A DNA stretch of 64,000 nt from contig JBCDCE010000012.1 of NCBI GenBank assembly GCA_039182515.1, forward strand, positions 47 through 64,046, written 5' to 3'. The position numbers were made by a program, and so were the translations under genes. Positions 7,613-17,398 of the stretch are shown in pieces. Positions within the stretch are counted from its first letter, which is position 1; each line of letters starts with the position of its first letter. Under the pieces are notes generated by a model that ran no database searches, had not been told where the DNA came from, and was given only the letters and a program-made list of their open reading frames with translations. The stretch comes from Pseudomonadota bacterium (lineage in GTDB: Bacteria > Pseudomonadota > Alphaproteobacteria > Rhodobacterales > Rhodobacteraceae).

Positions 7613-8509
7613 ATGATCCAGATCGGCAATGCCCCCTGCTCTTGGGGTGTAGAATTCGCAGATGACCCTCGCAATCCGGCGTGGCGCAAAGTTCTGCAAG
7701 AAAACGCAGATGCAGGCTATACCGGCATTGAGCTTGGCCCTGTGGGATTCATGCCTGAAGATCCAGCTGTCTTAGGCGACGCGCTTGAAGAGTTTGGCCA
7801 AACCCTGGTGGGCGGCGTCGTGTTCCGCCCGTTCCACGATCCAAACGCTTGGGACGACGTGATGGACGGCGCTATTCGCACGTGCAAAGCGCTCAAAGCC
7901 CACGGTGCCGAGCATCTTGTGTTGATCGATTCCATCTCTGAGCGCCGCGCGCCGACGGCGGGTCGTGCGGATGAAGCTGAGCAAATGGACAAGGCCGAAT
8001 GGACCGCCTTCCGAGATCGCATTGCCACGGTCGCGAAGATGGGGGCCGAAGACTATGGGCTCACGGTTGGCATTCACGCGCATGCTGCCGGGTTCATCGA
8101 CTTTGAGCCAGAGCTTGAACGGCTCTTGGGTGAGGTCGACGAAGCAATCCTGAAGATCTGCTTTGATACAGGCCACCATTCTTACGCGGGCTTTGATCCC
8201 GTGGCCTTCATGGAGCGGCACATCGCGCGCATCAGCTACATGCATTTCAAAGACATTGATCCAAAAGTGAAAGCCGACGTCATCGCCAAACGCACCGGCT
8301 TCTATGATGCCTGCGGCCAAGGAATTTTCTGCAATCTGGGCGATGGAGATGTGGACTTTGCCCGCGTTCGCCAGATCCTTTTGGATGCGGGCTTTGATGG
8401 CTGGTGCACAGTCGAGCAAGACTGCGATCCGGAAGGGGACACGTCCCCCATCGATGACGCCAAACTGAACCGTGCTTTCCTACAATCCATCGGCTTTGAA
8501 GGAGCTTAA
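7613..8509 (+). CDS. Xylose-isomerase-like TIM-barrel protein, IolE-like (candidate inosose dehydratase)
   Basis: Trimmed to the ATG at 7613 (MIQIGNAPCSWGVEF...). The C-terminal GDGDVDF..GFDGWCTVEQDCDP resembles the IolE-type end. Context is the iol cluster. Confidence 0.65.
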   Translation: MIQIGNAPCSWGVEFADDPRNPAWRKVLQENADAGYTGIELGPVGFMPEDPAVLGDALEEFGQTLVGGVVFRPFHDPNAWDDVMDGAIRTCKALKAHGAEHLVLIDSISERRAPTAGRADEAEQMDKAEWTAFRDRIATVAKMGAEDYGLTVGIHAHAAGFIDFEPELERLLGEVDEAILKICFDTGHHSYAGFDPVAFMERHIARISYMHFKDIDPKVKADVIAKRTGFYDACGQGIFCNLGDGDVDFARVRQILLDAGFDGWCTVEQDCDPEGDTSPIDDAKLNRAFLQSIGFEGA

Positions 8510-8512
8510 ACC

Positions 8513-9649
8513 ATGGCAAAACTTCAATGGGGCATGATCGGCGGCGGCAAGGGCTCTCAAATCGGCCCAGCCCACCGTTTGGGCGCGCAAGCAGATGGGA
8601 ATTTCGTCATGGCGGCTGGCGCCTTGGATGTGGATGCAGAAGCGGGCAAAGCCTATGCGCAAGAGCTCGGTGTGGCCGCGGACCGCGCCTACGGCAATTG
8701 GCAGGAAATGCTGGAGGGCGAGCGGGGCCGCACGGACCGCGTGGATCTTGTGACTGTCGCCACACCGAACTCAACCCATTTCGAGATCACCAAAGCCTTC
8801 CTGGAAGCAGGCTTCAATGTGCTGTGCGAAAAGCCCATGACGATGACCGTTGAAGAGGGCGAGGAGATCGTGAAGGTCGCCAGCGCCTCGGGGAAAATCT
8901 GCGCGGTAAACTACTGCTATTCCGCCTTTCCGATGGTGCGCGAGATGCGCCACATGGTCCAGTCCGGCCAGATCGGCAAAGTGCGCGTTGTTGTGGCAAA
9001 CTTCTCGCATGGTCACCACGGCGACGCTGGCGATGCAGATAATCCCCGCGTGCGTTGGCGCTATGATCCTGCAATGGCAGGCGTTTCTGGCCAGTTTGCA
9101 GACTGCGGCATTCACGCGCTGCATATGGCGAGCTTTATCGCTTGCGATGAGGTCGAAACCCTGTCGGCGGACTTCGCCTCAACCATTGCCAGCCGCGAGC
9201 TGGAAGACGACGCGATGGTCAATTTCCGCATGTCCGGCGGCACCGTGGGCCGCCTTTGGACCTCGTCTGTCGCCATCGGGCGTCAACATGGCTTTGACAT
9301 CCAAGTCTTCTGCGAAACCGGCGGGATGCGCTGGCGCTCGGAGGAGCCCAACCAGGTTTATTACACCCCCGTGGGTGGGCGCACCCAGATCATGGAAAAA
9401 GGCGAAAGTGGCCTCTCTGACGAGGCCACGCGTCTCAGCCGCGTGGCGATTGCGCATCCCGAAGGCTTCCCTTTGGCTGTTGCCAACATCTATGTGGATC
9501 TCGCGGCCGCCATCCGAGGTGAGCCTTATGGCGCGCTCCCTACAGCCGAAGACGGTCTACGCTCCATGATGGCGGTGCATCAATGCGTGGCCTCCGCCAA
9601 AGACCACGGCGCATGGGTGAATGCAGTCCCTGCTCTACTCAAAGCCTAA
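8513..9649 (+). CDS. Gfo/Idh/MocA-family oxidoreductase (second copy)
   Basis: MAKLQWGMIGGGKGSQIGPAH Rossmann motif and LCEKPM motif. Starts 3 nt after the previous stop. Confidence 0.8.
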   Translation: MAKLQWGMIGGGKGSQIGPAHRLGAQADGNFVMAAGALDVDAEAGKAYAQELGVAADRAYGNWQEMLEGERGRTDRVDLVTVATPNSTHFEITKAFLEAGFNVLCEKPMTMTVEEGEEIVKVASASGKICAVNYCYSAFPMVREMRHMVQSGQIGKVRVVVANFSHGHHGDAGDADNPRVRWRYDPAMAGVSGQFADCGIHALHMASFIACDEVETLSADFASTIASRELEDDAMVNFRMSGGTVGRLWTSSVAIGRQHGFDIQVFCETGGMRWRSEEPNQVYYTPVGGRTQIMEKGESGLSDEATRLSRVAIAHPEGFPLAVANIYVDLAAAIRGEPYGALPTAEDGLRSMMAVHQCVASAKDHGAWVNAVPALLKA

Positions 9650-9655
9650 GCCCAC

Positions 9656-9677
9656 TTTTTCTTGGGCAAAATACTCC
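9656..9677 (+). repeat. Dispersed intergenic motif, copy B (TTTTTCTTGGGCAAAATACTCC)
   Basis: Lies immediately after the stop of 8513..9649. Followed by gggggTTAAAGCGtt, which has an inverted partner aaCGCTTTAggggg at 9781-9794, and by the hairpin gggggacAGCgtccccc. Confidence 0.6.
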
Positions 9678-9786
9678 AGGGGGTTAAAGCGTTATGCGAA
9701 AAACCTGAATCCCCTAACGCTGCCTGAAACCCTTGGTTTCAACGCGTTAGCTGATGCACGATATCTCAGGTATTTCGTCAAACGCT

Positions 9787-10773
9787 TTAGGGGGACAGCG
9801 TCCCCCTTTCCACAACAGAACACTCCAAGAGATGCGCTTGAGGCTGTAAGCTGCTCCCGGAAAGCAATTCACCCACCAAAGCAATTGACGTTTTGACAAT
9901 CTCAGCAATTGGGTTGTGGATCGTCGTCAAATCGATGTTTTCCCAGCCCGCCATTTTCATATCGTTGAGGCCAATAAACCCAAGATCATTAGGCACTTTC
10001 AGCCCAAGCGATTGCGCCGCAGAGAGTGCACCGATGGACAACACATCGTCGCCGCAGAAATATGCCTCTGCCCTTTCACCGCTCAACAGCCGCAGCATCT
10101 CTTTGCGTCCCGCATCAAAAGAATATTGGCTGGCGTAAGACACAGACACATGTGCCCGTTCCCCAGCCGCATCCAAAAAGCCGCGCACGCGGTCTTGGGT
10201 GGAGGTTGCTCCTTCTGGTCCAGCCATCATGCTGATGCGTTTGTATCCATGTGCGAGGAGCGTCTCAGCTGCCAATCGCCCCGCCGCGATATTGTCTATG
10301 CCAACCGTGTGCACGCGGGGGCTTTCAGACAATCGCCCAAAGGAATGCACCACCGGGACGCCCGCATCTTGAAACCCGTGGGCAAAGCTTGGCGGCAAAG
10401 TGGACGAGGCCACAATTACCGCATCCACCGAGTATTGCTTTAACATGCGGATCGAGGCTTCCGGATCAATCTCATCAGAGAGGTTCACAAGAAGGGGTCG
10501 CAAGCCACGCTCCTGCAGGCCCCGCGTGAAGAGGTCAAAAACCTCCAAAAAGATCGGGTTGTGAAAGTTATTGGAGACCAGGCCAATGAGCTTTGTACGC
10601 CCCGTGGTGAGAGACGAGGCCAACACATTCGGCGAATATCCCAATTCAAGGGCTGCGCGTTCCACCTTTTGCCGGGTCTTGGGGGAGACGGAGGCCCCTT
10701 CGGTGTAGGTGCGCGACACCGCAGAGCGCGAGACACCAGCCCGTTCCGCCACATCTTTGAGGGTTACCGCCAT
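9787..10773 (-). CDS. LacI-family transcriptional regulator, probable repressor of the inositol genes
   Basis: N-terminal HTH MAVTLKDVAERAGVSRSAVSRTY plus a periplasmic-binding-protein-like sugar-binding core. Last gene of the transporter operon. Confidence 0.85.
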   Translation of the reverse strand: MAVTLKDVAERAGVSRSAVSRTYTEGASVSPKTRQKVERAALELGYSPNVLASSLTTGRTKLIGLVSNNFHNPIFLEVFDLFTRGLQERGLRPLLVNLSDEIDPEASIRMLKQYSVDAVIVASSTLPPSFAHGFQDAGVPVVHSFGRLSESPRVHTVGIDNIAAGRLAAETLLAHGYKRISMMAGPEGATSTQDRVRGFLDAAGERAHVSVSYASQYSFDAGRKEMLRLLSGERAEAYFCGDDVLSIGALSAAQSLGLKVPNDLGFIGLNDMKMAGWENIDLTTIHNPIAEIVKTSIALVGELLSGSSLQPQAHLLECSVVERGTLSP

Positions 10774-10780
10774 CGGGACA

Positions 10781-10978
10781 CTAATCCTCGTCGCCTAGGC
10801 CATAGTCGAGCGTTGCAAACTTCCAGGCACAAAAGACAGCAATGGCTCCAAAGAAGAGCGCCCAGTAAGGCTGGCCTCGTGTCAGCTCTATGAAGCCCCA
10901 GACAGCGCATACAACCACGATCCCAACGCGCACCCCGAGTGGCCGGTAGAAGGGGTTAGAGAAGTCGAAAAACTTCAC
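10781..10978 (-). CDS. Small (65 aa) two-TM membrane protein of unknown function
   Basis: MKFFDFSNPFYRPLGVRVGIVVVCAVWGFIELTRGQPYWALFFGAIAVFCAWKF... The GTG start overlaps the stop of the ABC ATPase by 4 nt. Confidence 0.5.
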   Translation of the reverse strand: MKFFDFSNPFYRPLGVRVGIVVVCAVWGFIELTRGQPYWALFFGAIAVFCAWKFATLDYGLGDED

Positions 10979-11748
10979 GCCGCCCCTTCGTATTCCGCAC
11001 CGGTTTTAGCACCCGTGATATAGGCCACCACGTCTTGCCCATCGGTCTCATCCTTTTTGAGGTTGGCCACGATGCGGCCGCGCCGGAACACTACGATCCG
11101 GTCCACAAGATCCATGACCTGACGCATATTGTGGCTGATCAAAATGAGCGGCTCGCCCGCCTCTTTCAGCGTGCGCACAATGTTTTCAACCTGGGCTGTT
11201 TCTTGCACCCCAAGTGCTGCCGTCGGTTCATCCATGATGGTAAGTTTTGACGGGAAGGTTGCAGTGCGCGCGATTGCCACGCATTGGCGTTGGCCGCCTG
11301 ACATGTTTTGGATCGTGTTGCGGATGTTGGGAATTTTCACAGCCGTCTTCTCAAGCCCCGCGATGGTGTCTTCGCGCATGCCTTTGTAGTCCAAAATCCG
11401 AAACGGCCCCAGCCAATTCCAAAAGGTCTTCTCGCGGCCCAAAAAGAGATTATCCGGCACGTCCAGATCATCGGCCAAGGCCAGTGTTTGAAAGACAGTC
11501 TCGATGCCCGCCTCGCGCGCATCGATGGGCCCCGCGAAATGCACAGGCTTGCCGTCAAAGATGATCTCGCCTGAGGTGCGCTGCTCCACACCCGTGATTT
11601 GACGCACGAAGGTCGACTTACCAGCGCCGTTGTCGCCCATGATGGCCACATGCTCCCCTTTGTGGAGCACGAAGTTCGCATCATTGAGGGCATGCACGCC
11701 GCCGTAGTGCTTGGTCAGGCCTTTGGTTTCCAGAATGATATCGCTCAT
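10975..11748 (-). CDS. Sugar ABC transporter ATP-binding protein (single NBD, FrcA-like size)
   Basis: Walker A GDNGAGKST, signature MSGGQRQ, Walker B LTIMDEPTAALG. Confidence 0.9.
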   Translation of the reverse strand: MSDIILETKGLTKHYGGVHALNDANFVLHKGEHVAIMGDNGAGKSTFVRQITGVEQRTSGEIIFDGKPVHFAGPIDAREAGIETVFQTLALADDLDVPDNLFLGREKTFWNWLGPFRILDYKGMREDTIAGLEKTAVKIPNIRNTIQNMSGGQRQCVAIARTATFPSKLTIMDEPTAALGVQETAQVENIVRTLKEAGEPLILISHNMRQVMDLVDRIVVFRRGRIVANLKKDETDGQDVVAYITGAKTGAEYEGAA

Positions 11749-11759
11749 CTTTCCCTCCT

Positions 11760-12842
11760 TCAGCTTCGCATTGCAGCGCGCTCTTGGCGCATTTTATCGA
11801 GAACCACAGCGGCGATGATGATCGCGCCCATGGCCATGAGTTGGTAGAAGGCATCAAGCTTGATGTAGGTGAAGCCCGATTGGATCACGCCAAAGACCAT
11901 CGCGCCCAAGACAGTGCCGATGATCGAGCCGCGCCCACCTGTGAGGCTCACGCCGCCAATAACGGCCATGGCAATTGCGTAGAGCTCGTAGAAGATCCCC
12001 ATGCCAGACTGGGCCGTGAGGTTTTTGGAGCTCAAGATAATTGCGGCGAATGCGGCGAGCATCGAAGCAATCATGTAAACGCGCACTTTATGGCGCTGCA
12101 CGTTGATGCCCGACATACGCGCCGCGTCCTCATTAGAGCCAATGGCATAGGTGTGTTTGCCGTAAAGTGTGTAGCGCAAGATGAGGTGGAAGAGCACCGC
12201 GAGCATCAAAAACCAGAAAACCGGCATCATGCCTTTGCCCAAAGCCGCGAAGCTTTCGGTTGGGAAAGACACGGGCTTGCCGCGTGTCCAGGCCTGCGCG
12301 ATGCCGCGGCAAATGAGGAACATGCCAAGGGTCGCAATGAAAGGAGGAATGCGCGTGTAGGCAATCAGCGCACCGTTTATGGCCCCAATGAAGGCCCCAA
12401 AGATCAACCCCGCTATGACCGGCACAATGACGGGTAAGTCAAAAGCCCAGGGTCCAAATACCGCCTTTGGGTTGGGGTTGCCATTAACGAGCTCTGTTTG
12501 GGCAAAAGACATCACGATCATGGCCGTGGCGCCCACCAGCGGCCCGGACGACAGATCAATCCCGCCGGAAATAATGACCTGGGTCACGCCAAGGGCGATA
12601 ATCCCAATGATCGAAACTTGAAGAATAATGATCCGCAGACGGGCTTCATTGAAGATCGAGTCGAACCGGTCGCGCGTATCGAAGAGGAAGCTTTGACCCT
12701 TCATATACGGCAGAAACTGCCCAAGAGCCTCAAAGACCGCGATGATGATGATCAGTGCGATGAAAATGTTCAGCTCATTAGGCCAAGAGCGCTTCTTGGC
12801 ATCAAACTTGAGCCCACCCGTGCCGTGCGAGGTGTCAGACAT
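11760..12842 (-). CDS. Sugar ABC transporter permease
   Basis: Trimmed to the ATG at 12842 (MSDTSHGTGGLKF...), preceded by GGGGGAGAA. Multi-TM, with the layout of ribose/fructose-type permeases. Confidence 0.85.
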   Translation of the reverse strand: MSDTSHGTGGLKFDAKKRSWPNELNIFIALIIIIAVFEALGQFLPYMKGQSFLFDTRDRFDSIFNEARLRIIILQVSIIGIIALGVTQVIISGGIDLSSGPLVGATAMIVMSFAQTELVNGNPNPKAVFGPWAFDLPVIVPVIAGLIFGAFIGAINGALIAYTRIPPFIATLGMFLICRGIAQAWTRGKPVSFPTESFAALGKGMMPVFWFLMLAVLFHLILRYTLYGKHTYAIGSNEDAARMSGINVQRHKVRVYMIASMLAAFAAIILSSKNLTAQSGMGIFYELYAIAMAVIGGVSLTGGRGSIIGTVLGAMVFGVIQSGFTYIKLDAFYQLMAMGAIIIAAVVLDKMRQERAAMRS

Positions 12843-12943
12843 CGGTTCTCCCCCTGTCTCGGTTCTTGTGCCGAGGCGTATGTTGGCTGGTCTGGGATGG
12901 CGCAAGGCCTGCGCCACCCCGTTTTCACGTCAGGCGAAAGGCC

Positions 12944-13882
12944 TTAGTTCAGGAAGTCTGCGACGTTTTCTGGTGTCACAAGCTTGAATGGAATGAAGAC
13001 CGTTTTGTCTACGTCTTCCCCCGCTGCGAGCTTGAGAGCCGTGTCGATAGAGCCTGCGCCTTGACCCGCGAGGTCTTGGAACACAGTGACATCCATTTCA
13101 CCGGCTTGCATCGCCACAAGCGCGTCTGGGGTTGCGTCAACGCCACCCACCACAACGTCGTCCATGGAAATGCCCGCCGCTTTCATCGCTTGGATCGCGC
13201 CGATGGCCATCTCGTCGTTGTTGCCGAAGACCGCATCAAATGGCTCGCCGGAGGAGATCCAGTTGGTCATAAGGTCTTGCGCTTGGTCACGGGACCAGTT
13301 GGCGGTTTGCTCGTCGATGAGCGTGATGAAGTTGCACATGTCCATGCCGATCACGTCATGGAAGTCTTTCGAGCGCTGAACAGCCGCTTGATTGGAAAGC
13401 TGACCCATGAGCATGTAAGCCTTCGCACCACCGGATTTGCCCTGCGCGCGGAGATCTTGGCACATGCGGAAGGCCGCGAGTGTACCGGATTCGATCTCGT
13501 TGGACGCCACAAAGGCCTGGCCTGCTGGCAGCGTGTCCATGTTGATCGGCTGGCGGTTCACATAGACCAGCGGAACACCTGCGGAGGCCGCGGCGTTGGT
13601 CATGGCGGCCGTTGCGTTGGTGTCTACGGCGTTCACGATGATCGCATCAACGCCCGAAGCGATGAAGTTGTTGATCTGGTCAAGCTGGCGCGCCACGTCA
13701 TCTTGCGCGTCTTCCATTTGCAGATCGAGGCCACTGATCGTGGCGGCGTGCTCGGTCATGCCATTGCGCATGATTGTGAGGCCGTTGTCGTCAAAACGCG
13801 CAACGGACACACCGATTGTTTGTGCCAAAGCAGATGTGGCCATGAGCGCGGTTGCGCCGGCGAACATAAGAAGTTTTTTCAT
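12944..13882 (-). CDS. Periplasmic sugar-binding protein of the ABC transporter
   Basis: Trimmed to the ATG at 13882, preceded by GGGAGGA. Signal peptide MKKLLMFAGATALMATSALAQ. Type I periplasmic binding protein. Confidence 0.85.
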   Translation of the reverse strand: MKKLLMFAGATALMATSALAQTIGVSVARFDDNGLTIMRNGMTEHAATISGLDLQMEDAQDDVARQLDQINNFIASGVDAIIVNAVDTNATAAMTNAAASAGVPLVYVNRQPINMDTLPAGQAFVASNEIESGTLAAFRMCQDLRAQGKSGGAKAYMLMGQLSNQAAVQRSKDFHDVIGMDMCNFITLIDEQTANWSRDQAQDLMTNWISSGEPFDAVFGNNDEMAIGAIQAMKAAGISMDDVVVGGVDATPDALVAMQAGEMDVTVFQDLAGQGAGSIDTALKLAAGEDVDKTVFIPFKLVTPENVADFLN

Positions 13883-13968
13883 AGATCCTCCCTGGATGCG
13901 TGCCCGGCGCACGCGTTGAGAAGTGCCGGGGCCCCGTTTAGCACGGGGTATTCTGATCTTCGCGCCGC

Positions 13969-14781
13969 TCATGCGGCAGCGGCGGCCAATTGGCCATTGA
14001 TATGCGAGATGGATGCTTCAAGCGCGACTTTCGGATCGGCAAGCCTGTGGACCTGAGGCGCAAAGGCTTCGAATGACAGCGGAGCAGTACAGTTTTGCGC
14101 ACTAAGCTCTTTAATCTGAGGGACGCTACCAAGGCGATCCTGCGCATCTACAAGACCTCGATCTTGATCCAAGAAATGAGCGGCCATGCCTTCCTTCACC
14201 ACTCCCGAAATATGAACAATTTCAATGCATTCCGAGTGTAATTCATTGCTGGCGGCCAAGGCATGATGGAACGTATCATGCACCAGACCAAAACGCTCTG
14301 GGCCATGGGTCTCGCGGATCGCCGCACGTGCAACTTTCATTGACCGCAAGCTGCTTTGTGCAAAGCCCAAAGGTTCAATGAGGCCGCGCATGTCGAAACG
14401 TTCCAATTCTCGGCCAAGCGCATTGAGAGCGGAACACAAAGCGTCAAGGGATATACTTTGGCCCTTCGCAGGGATCAAAATTACAGCTTCAGCCTTGGCC
14501 CGCGCTGCCATTTCAGCCAACTCAAGCGTCTTTGCCACAGCCCGATCAGAGCCGTCATTAAAAGCGCTCACCTCCGCAACGGCCAAAAGACGCAATCCGT
14601 GATCCTCCAAAAACGTGGCCACAGTTTCAGGCGCCTCGCCCCCAAAAAGCGGTGTTGCCAAATCACCGCGCATTTCGACGCCCACGCAGCCAAGCGCTTG
14701 GGCCAGGCGCGCGCAATCGCGCCAACTTAAGTGCGGAACGGTCATATGATTGAGCGCAAATGTAGGGCTGCTGTTTGACAT
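13969..14781 (-). CDS. Xylose-isomerase-like TIM-barrel protein, IolI-like (candidate inosose isomerase)
   Basis: Trimmed to the ATG at 14781 (MSNSSPTFALNHMTV...). The pattern VHDTFHH...IVHISG...DQDR...SFEAFAP parallels B. subtilis IolI as I recall it. Confidence 0.6.
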   Translation of the reverse strand: MSNSSPTFALNHMTVPHLSWRDCARLAQALGCVGVEMRGDLATPLFGGEAPETVATFLEDHGLRLLAVAEVSAFNDGSDRAVAKTLELAEMAARAKAEAVILIPAKGQSISLDALCSALNALGRELERFDMRGLIEPLGFAQSSLRSMKVARAAIRETHGPERFGLVHDTFHHALAASNELHSECIEIVHISGVVKEGMAAHFLDQDRGLVDAQDRLGSVPQIKELSAQNCTAPLSFEAFAPQVHRLADPKVALEASISHINGQLAAAAA

Positions 14782-14835
14782 CAGCTCCGCTGTTCCTCCC
14801 TTAGCTTGGGCCAAGTTTAGCGGGGCCGGTCCAAA

Positions 14836-14850
14836 TTGCAACCGGTTGCA
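14836..14850. promoter_or_regulatory. Second LacI-type operator, TTGCAACCGGTTGCA(t)
   Basis: 15 of 16 positions identical to the palindrome at 6443..6458. Lies about 55 nt upstream of the first gene of the minus-strand transporter operon. Confidence 0.65.
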
Positions 14851-15009
14851 TTATCAGCAGACAAGTGTTTTTTCCCTGCCTTTTCAGGCCTTTAGGAAAA
14901 ACGGCCCAAAAAATGCATCGAGGACAAGGCTTAACCTTTCACGAAACTGAGCTGTACGAGGCCGCTTGGCGCTCAGATTCGGTTGTCTTCAGCGCGACAC
15001 TCGGCGGGC

Positions 15010-17271
15010 TTACCCGCATTTAGAATGGCCACAATTCCCGCATGTCATACAGCCTTCCACCATGCGCATTTCATAAGCGCCACAGTTCGGGCAGGCCGGA
15101 CCTTTGGGCGCATCAAGGTTCACAACCTGCGCTTGAGGATCTTCTTTGAGCCCAAGCCCCTCCCCTTCAATCATGCCGGTTGAAATCATGTGGCGCTCAA
15201 TCACGCCCCCAATGGCAGCCAAAATGGACGGCACATATTTGCCCTGCATCCAAGCTCCACCCCGCGGATCGAACACAGCCTTAAGCTCTTCCACCACAAA
15301 GCTCACATCTCCGCCCCGGCGGAATACGGCTGAAATCATCCGGGTAAGCGCAACCGTCCAAGCGAAGTGTTCCATGTTCTTGGAGTTGATGAAAACCTCA
15401 AAAGGCCTCCGCTGCGTCCCCACGAGGATATCGTTGATCGTGATATAGATCGCGTGTTCGCTGTCGGGCCATTTTAACTTGTAAGTGTTGCCTTCCAGGG
15501 TCTGCGGACGGTCCAGGGGTTCGCTGAGATAAACCACATCCGCGCCGGTTTCTGCTTCTGGTACCTTTTCTTCGCTTTCAGACACACTCAAAACAGATCC
15601 AGTGACTGCGTTGGGGCGATAGGTCGTGCAGCCTTTGCAACCTGTGTCCCAGGCTTGCATGTAGACGTCTTTGAAGGCTTCAAAGTCGATATCTTCTGGA
15701 CAGTTGATCGTCTTTGAAATGCTTGAGTCGATCCACTTTTGCGCCGCCGCCTGCATGCGCACGTGGTCGGCAGGTGCGAGAGTTTGCGCGTTGACGAAGT
15801 AATCGGGAAGCTCTTTGTCGCCAAATTTATCGCGCCACATTTGCACTGCGTAGTCCACCACTTCTTCTTCCGTGCGCGAGCCGTCTTTTTGTAGAACCTT
15901 CCTCGTGTAAGCATAAGCAAACACCGGCTCGATACCTGAAGAGACATTGCCAGCATAAAGCGAAATGGTGCCGGTTGGCGCAATGGATGTCAGAAGGGCG
16001 TTGCGAATGCCGTGTTCGCGGATCGCATCTTTCACGTCTTCATCGATAACTTTCAATGAGCCGGAGCTGAGGTAGGGTTCGGCGTCAAACAGCGGAAAAG
16101 CGCCCTTCTCCTTAGCAAGCTGCGCTGAGGCCAGATAAGCGGCGCGGGCGATTGCGTGCAACCAGCGGTCGGTTTGACGCGCCGCTTCCTCAGATCCATA
16201 CCGCAGGCCCACCATCAAAAGCGCATCCGCCAGACCCGTCACCCCCAAGCCAATCCGGCGCTTCATGTCCGCTTCGCGTGCTTGCGCATCAAGCGGGAAG
16301 CGCGAGGCATCTACGACGTTGTCCATCATACGCACTGCAGTCGTGACGAGCTTGGCCAACTCGGCTTCATCCAAAGCCGCTGCCGTTTCAAAAGGATCAC
16401 TGACAAGTTTCGCGAGGTTAATCGATCCCAACAAGCATGCCCCGTAGGGCGGCAAGGGTTGCTCACCGCAGGGGTTGGTTGCCGCTATCGTCTCGCAATA
16501 TTCAAGATTGTTCATCGCGTTGATGCGATCAATGAAGATCACACCGGGCTCTGCATAATCATAAGTGGATTGCATGATCTTGTTCCAAAGATCGCGTGCT
16601 TTCACGGAGCTATAAACTTTGCCATCAAAGACCAGGTCCCAGGAGGCGTCAGCTTTGACCGCTTCCATAAACGGGTCGGTGACAAGAACAGAGACGTTAA
16701 ACATCCTAAGCCGTGCGGCGTCAGATTTCGCAGTGATGAAATCCTCAATATCCGGGTGATCACAACGCATTGTGGCCATCATGGCGCCGCGCCGCGACCC
16801 AGCGGACATGATCGTGCGGCACATTGCGTCCCAAACATCCATAAAGCTGAGCGGGCCACTCGCATCGGCAGCAACCCCAGACACAGCTGCACCTTTAGGG
16901 CGGACTGTTGAGAAGTCGTACCCAATGCCCCCGCCTTGCTGCATCGTCAGAGCGGCTTCTTTTAGCATGTCAAAAATGCCACCCATGCTGTCCGGGATTG
17001 TACCCATGACAAAGCAATTGAAGAGCGTGACTGAGCGCGCCGTACCAGCCCCTGCAACGATCCGGCCTGCGGGCAGAAACTTAAAGTCCTCTAAGGCCTC
17101 ATAGAACACCTCTTCCCAATGGGCAGGGTCTTCTTCCACTTCCGCCAAAGCGCCCGCGATTCGCCGCCAAGTTTCTTCCACGTTTGCATCAATGGGTGTG
17201 CCATCCGCTTGCTTGAAGCGATATTTCATATCCCAGATCTGTTCAGCAATTGGCGCGGAGAATGCAGTCAT
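15010..17271 (-). CDS. nrdJ: Class II (adenosylcobalamin-dependent) ribonucleotide reductase
   Basis: 753 aa with the active-site loop TNPCGEQPLPPYGACLLGS and a C-terminal CPNCG...CMTCGNCGHSKCG zinc-ribbon-like tail. Confidence 0.9.
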   Translation of the reverse strand: MTAFSAPIAEQIWDMKYRFKQADGTPIDANVEETWRRIAGALAEVEEDPAHWEEVFYEALEDFKFLPAGRIVAGAGTARSVTLFNCFVMGTIPDSMGGIFDMLKEAALTMQQGGGIGYDFSTVRPKGAAVSGVAADASGPLSFMDVWDAMCRTIMSAGSRRGAMMATMRCDHPDIEDFITAKSDAARLRMFNVSVLVTDPFMEAVKADASWDLVFDGKVYSSVKARDLWNKIMQSTYDYAEPGVIFIDRINAMNNLEYCETIAATNPCGEQPLPPYGACLLGSINLAKLVSDPFETAAALDEAELAKLVTTAVRMMDNVVDASRFPLDAQAREADMKRRIGLGVTGLADALLMVGLRYGSEEAARQTDRWLHAIARAAYLASAQLAKEKGAFPLFDAEPYLSSGSLKVIDEDVKDAIREHGIRNALLTSIAPTGTISLYAGNVSSGIEPVFAYAYTRKVLQKDGSRTEEEVVDYAVQMWRDKFGDKELPDYFVNAQTLAPADHVRMQAAAQKWIDSSISKTINCPEDIDFEAFKDVYMQAWDTGCKGCTTYRPNAVTGSVLSVSESEEKVPEAETGADVVYLSEPLDRPQTLEGNTYKLKWPDSEHAIYITINDILVGTQRRPFEVFINSKNMEHFAWTVALTRMISAVFRRGGDVSFVVEELKAVFDPRGGAWMQGKYVPSILAAIGGVIERHMISTGMIEGEGLGLKEDPQAQVVNLDAPKGPACPNCGAYEMRMVEGCMTCGNCGHSKCG

Positions 17272-17354
17272 AGCAGCGATTCCTCTGTGAGAAGGAGCGT
17301 AACATACTCAAAACGCGGATCGCACACAAGGTCTTGAAGGTCACCGCAAACGCG

Positions 17355-17370
17355 ACACATAATGCTGTGT
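17355..17370. promoter_or_regulatory. Candidate NrdR box (ACACAgcattaTGTGT on the nrdJ strand)
   Basis: 16-bp site with 5-nt perfect inverted arms, about 85 nt upstream of the nrdJ start. A partial match to the NrdR box consensus acaCwAtATaTwGtgt as I recall it. Only one box was found. Confidence 0.3.
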
Positions 17371-17398
17371 GACCTGGGGATTAGTCGGGGGACGACTC

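Noticed and set aside
12866-14056. 396-aa plus-strand ORF
   Set aside because: It is antisense to the well-supported sugar-binding protein gene. It has a His/Arg/Val-rich shadow-ORF composition typical of high-GC DNA and no recognisable motifs.
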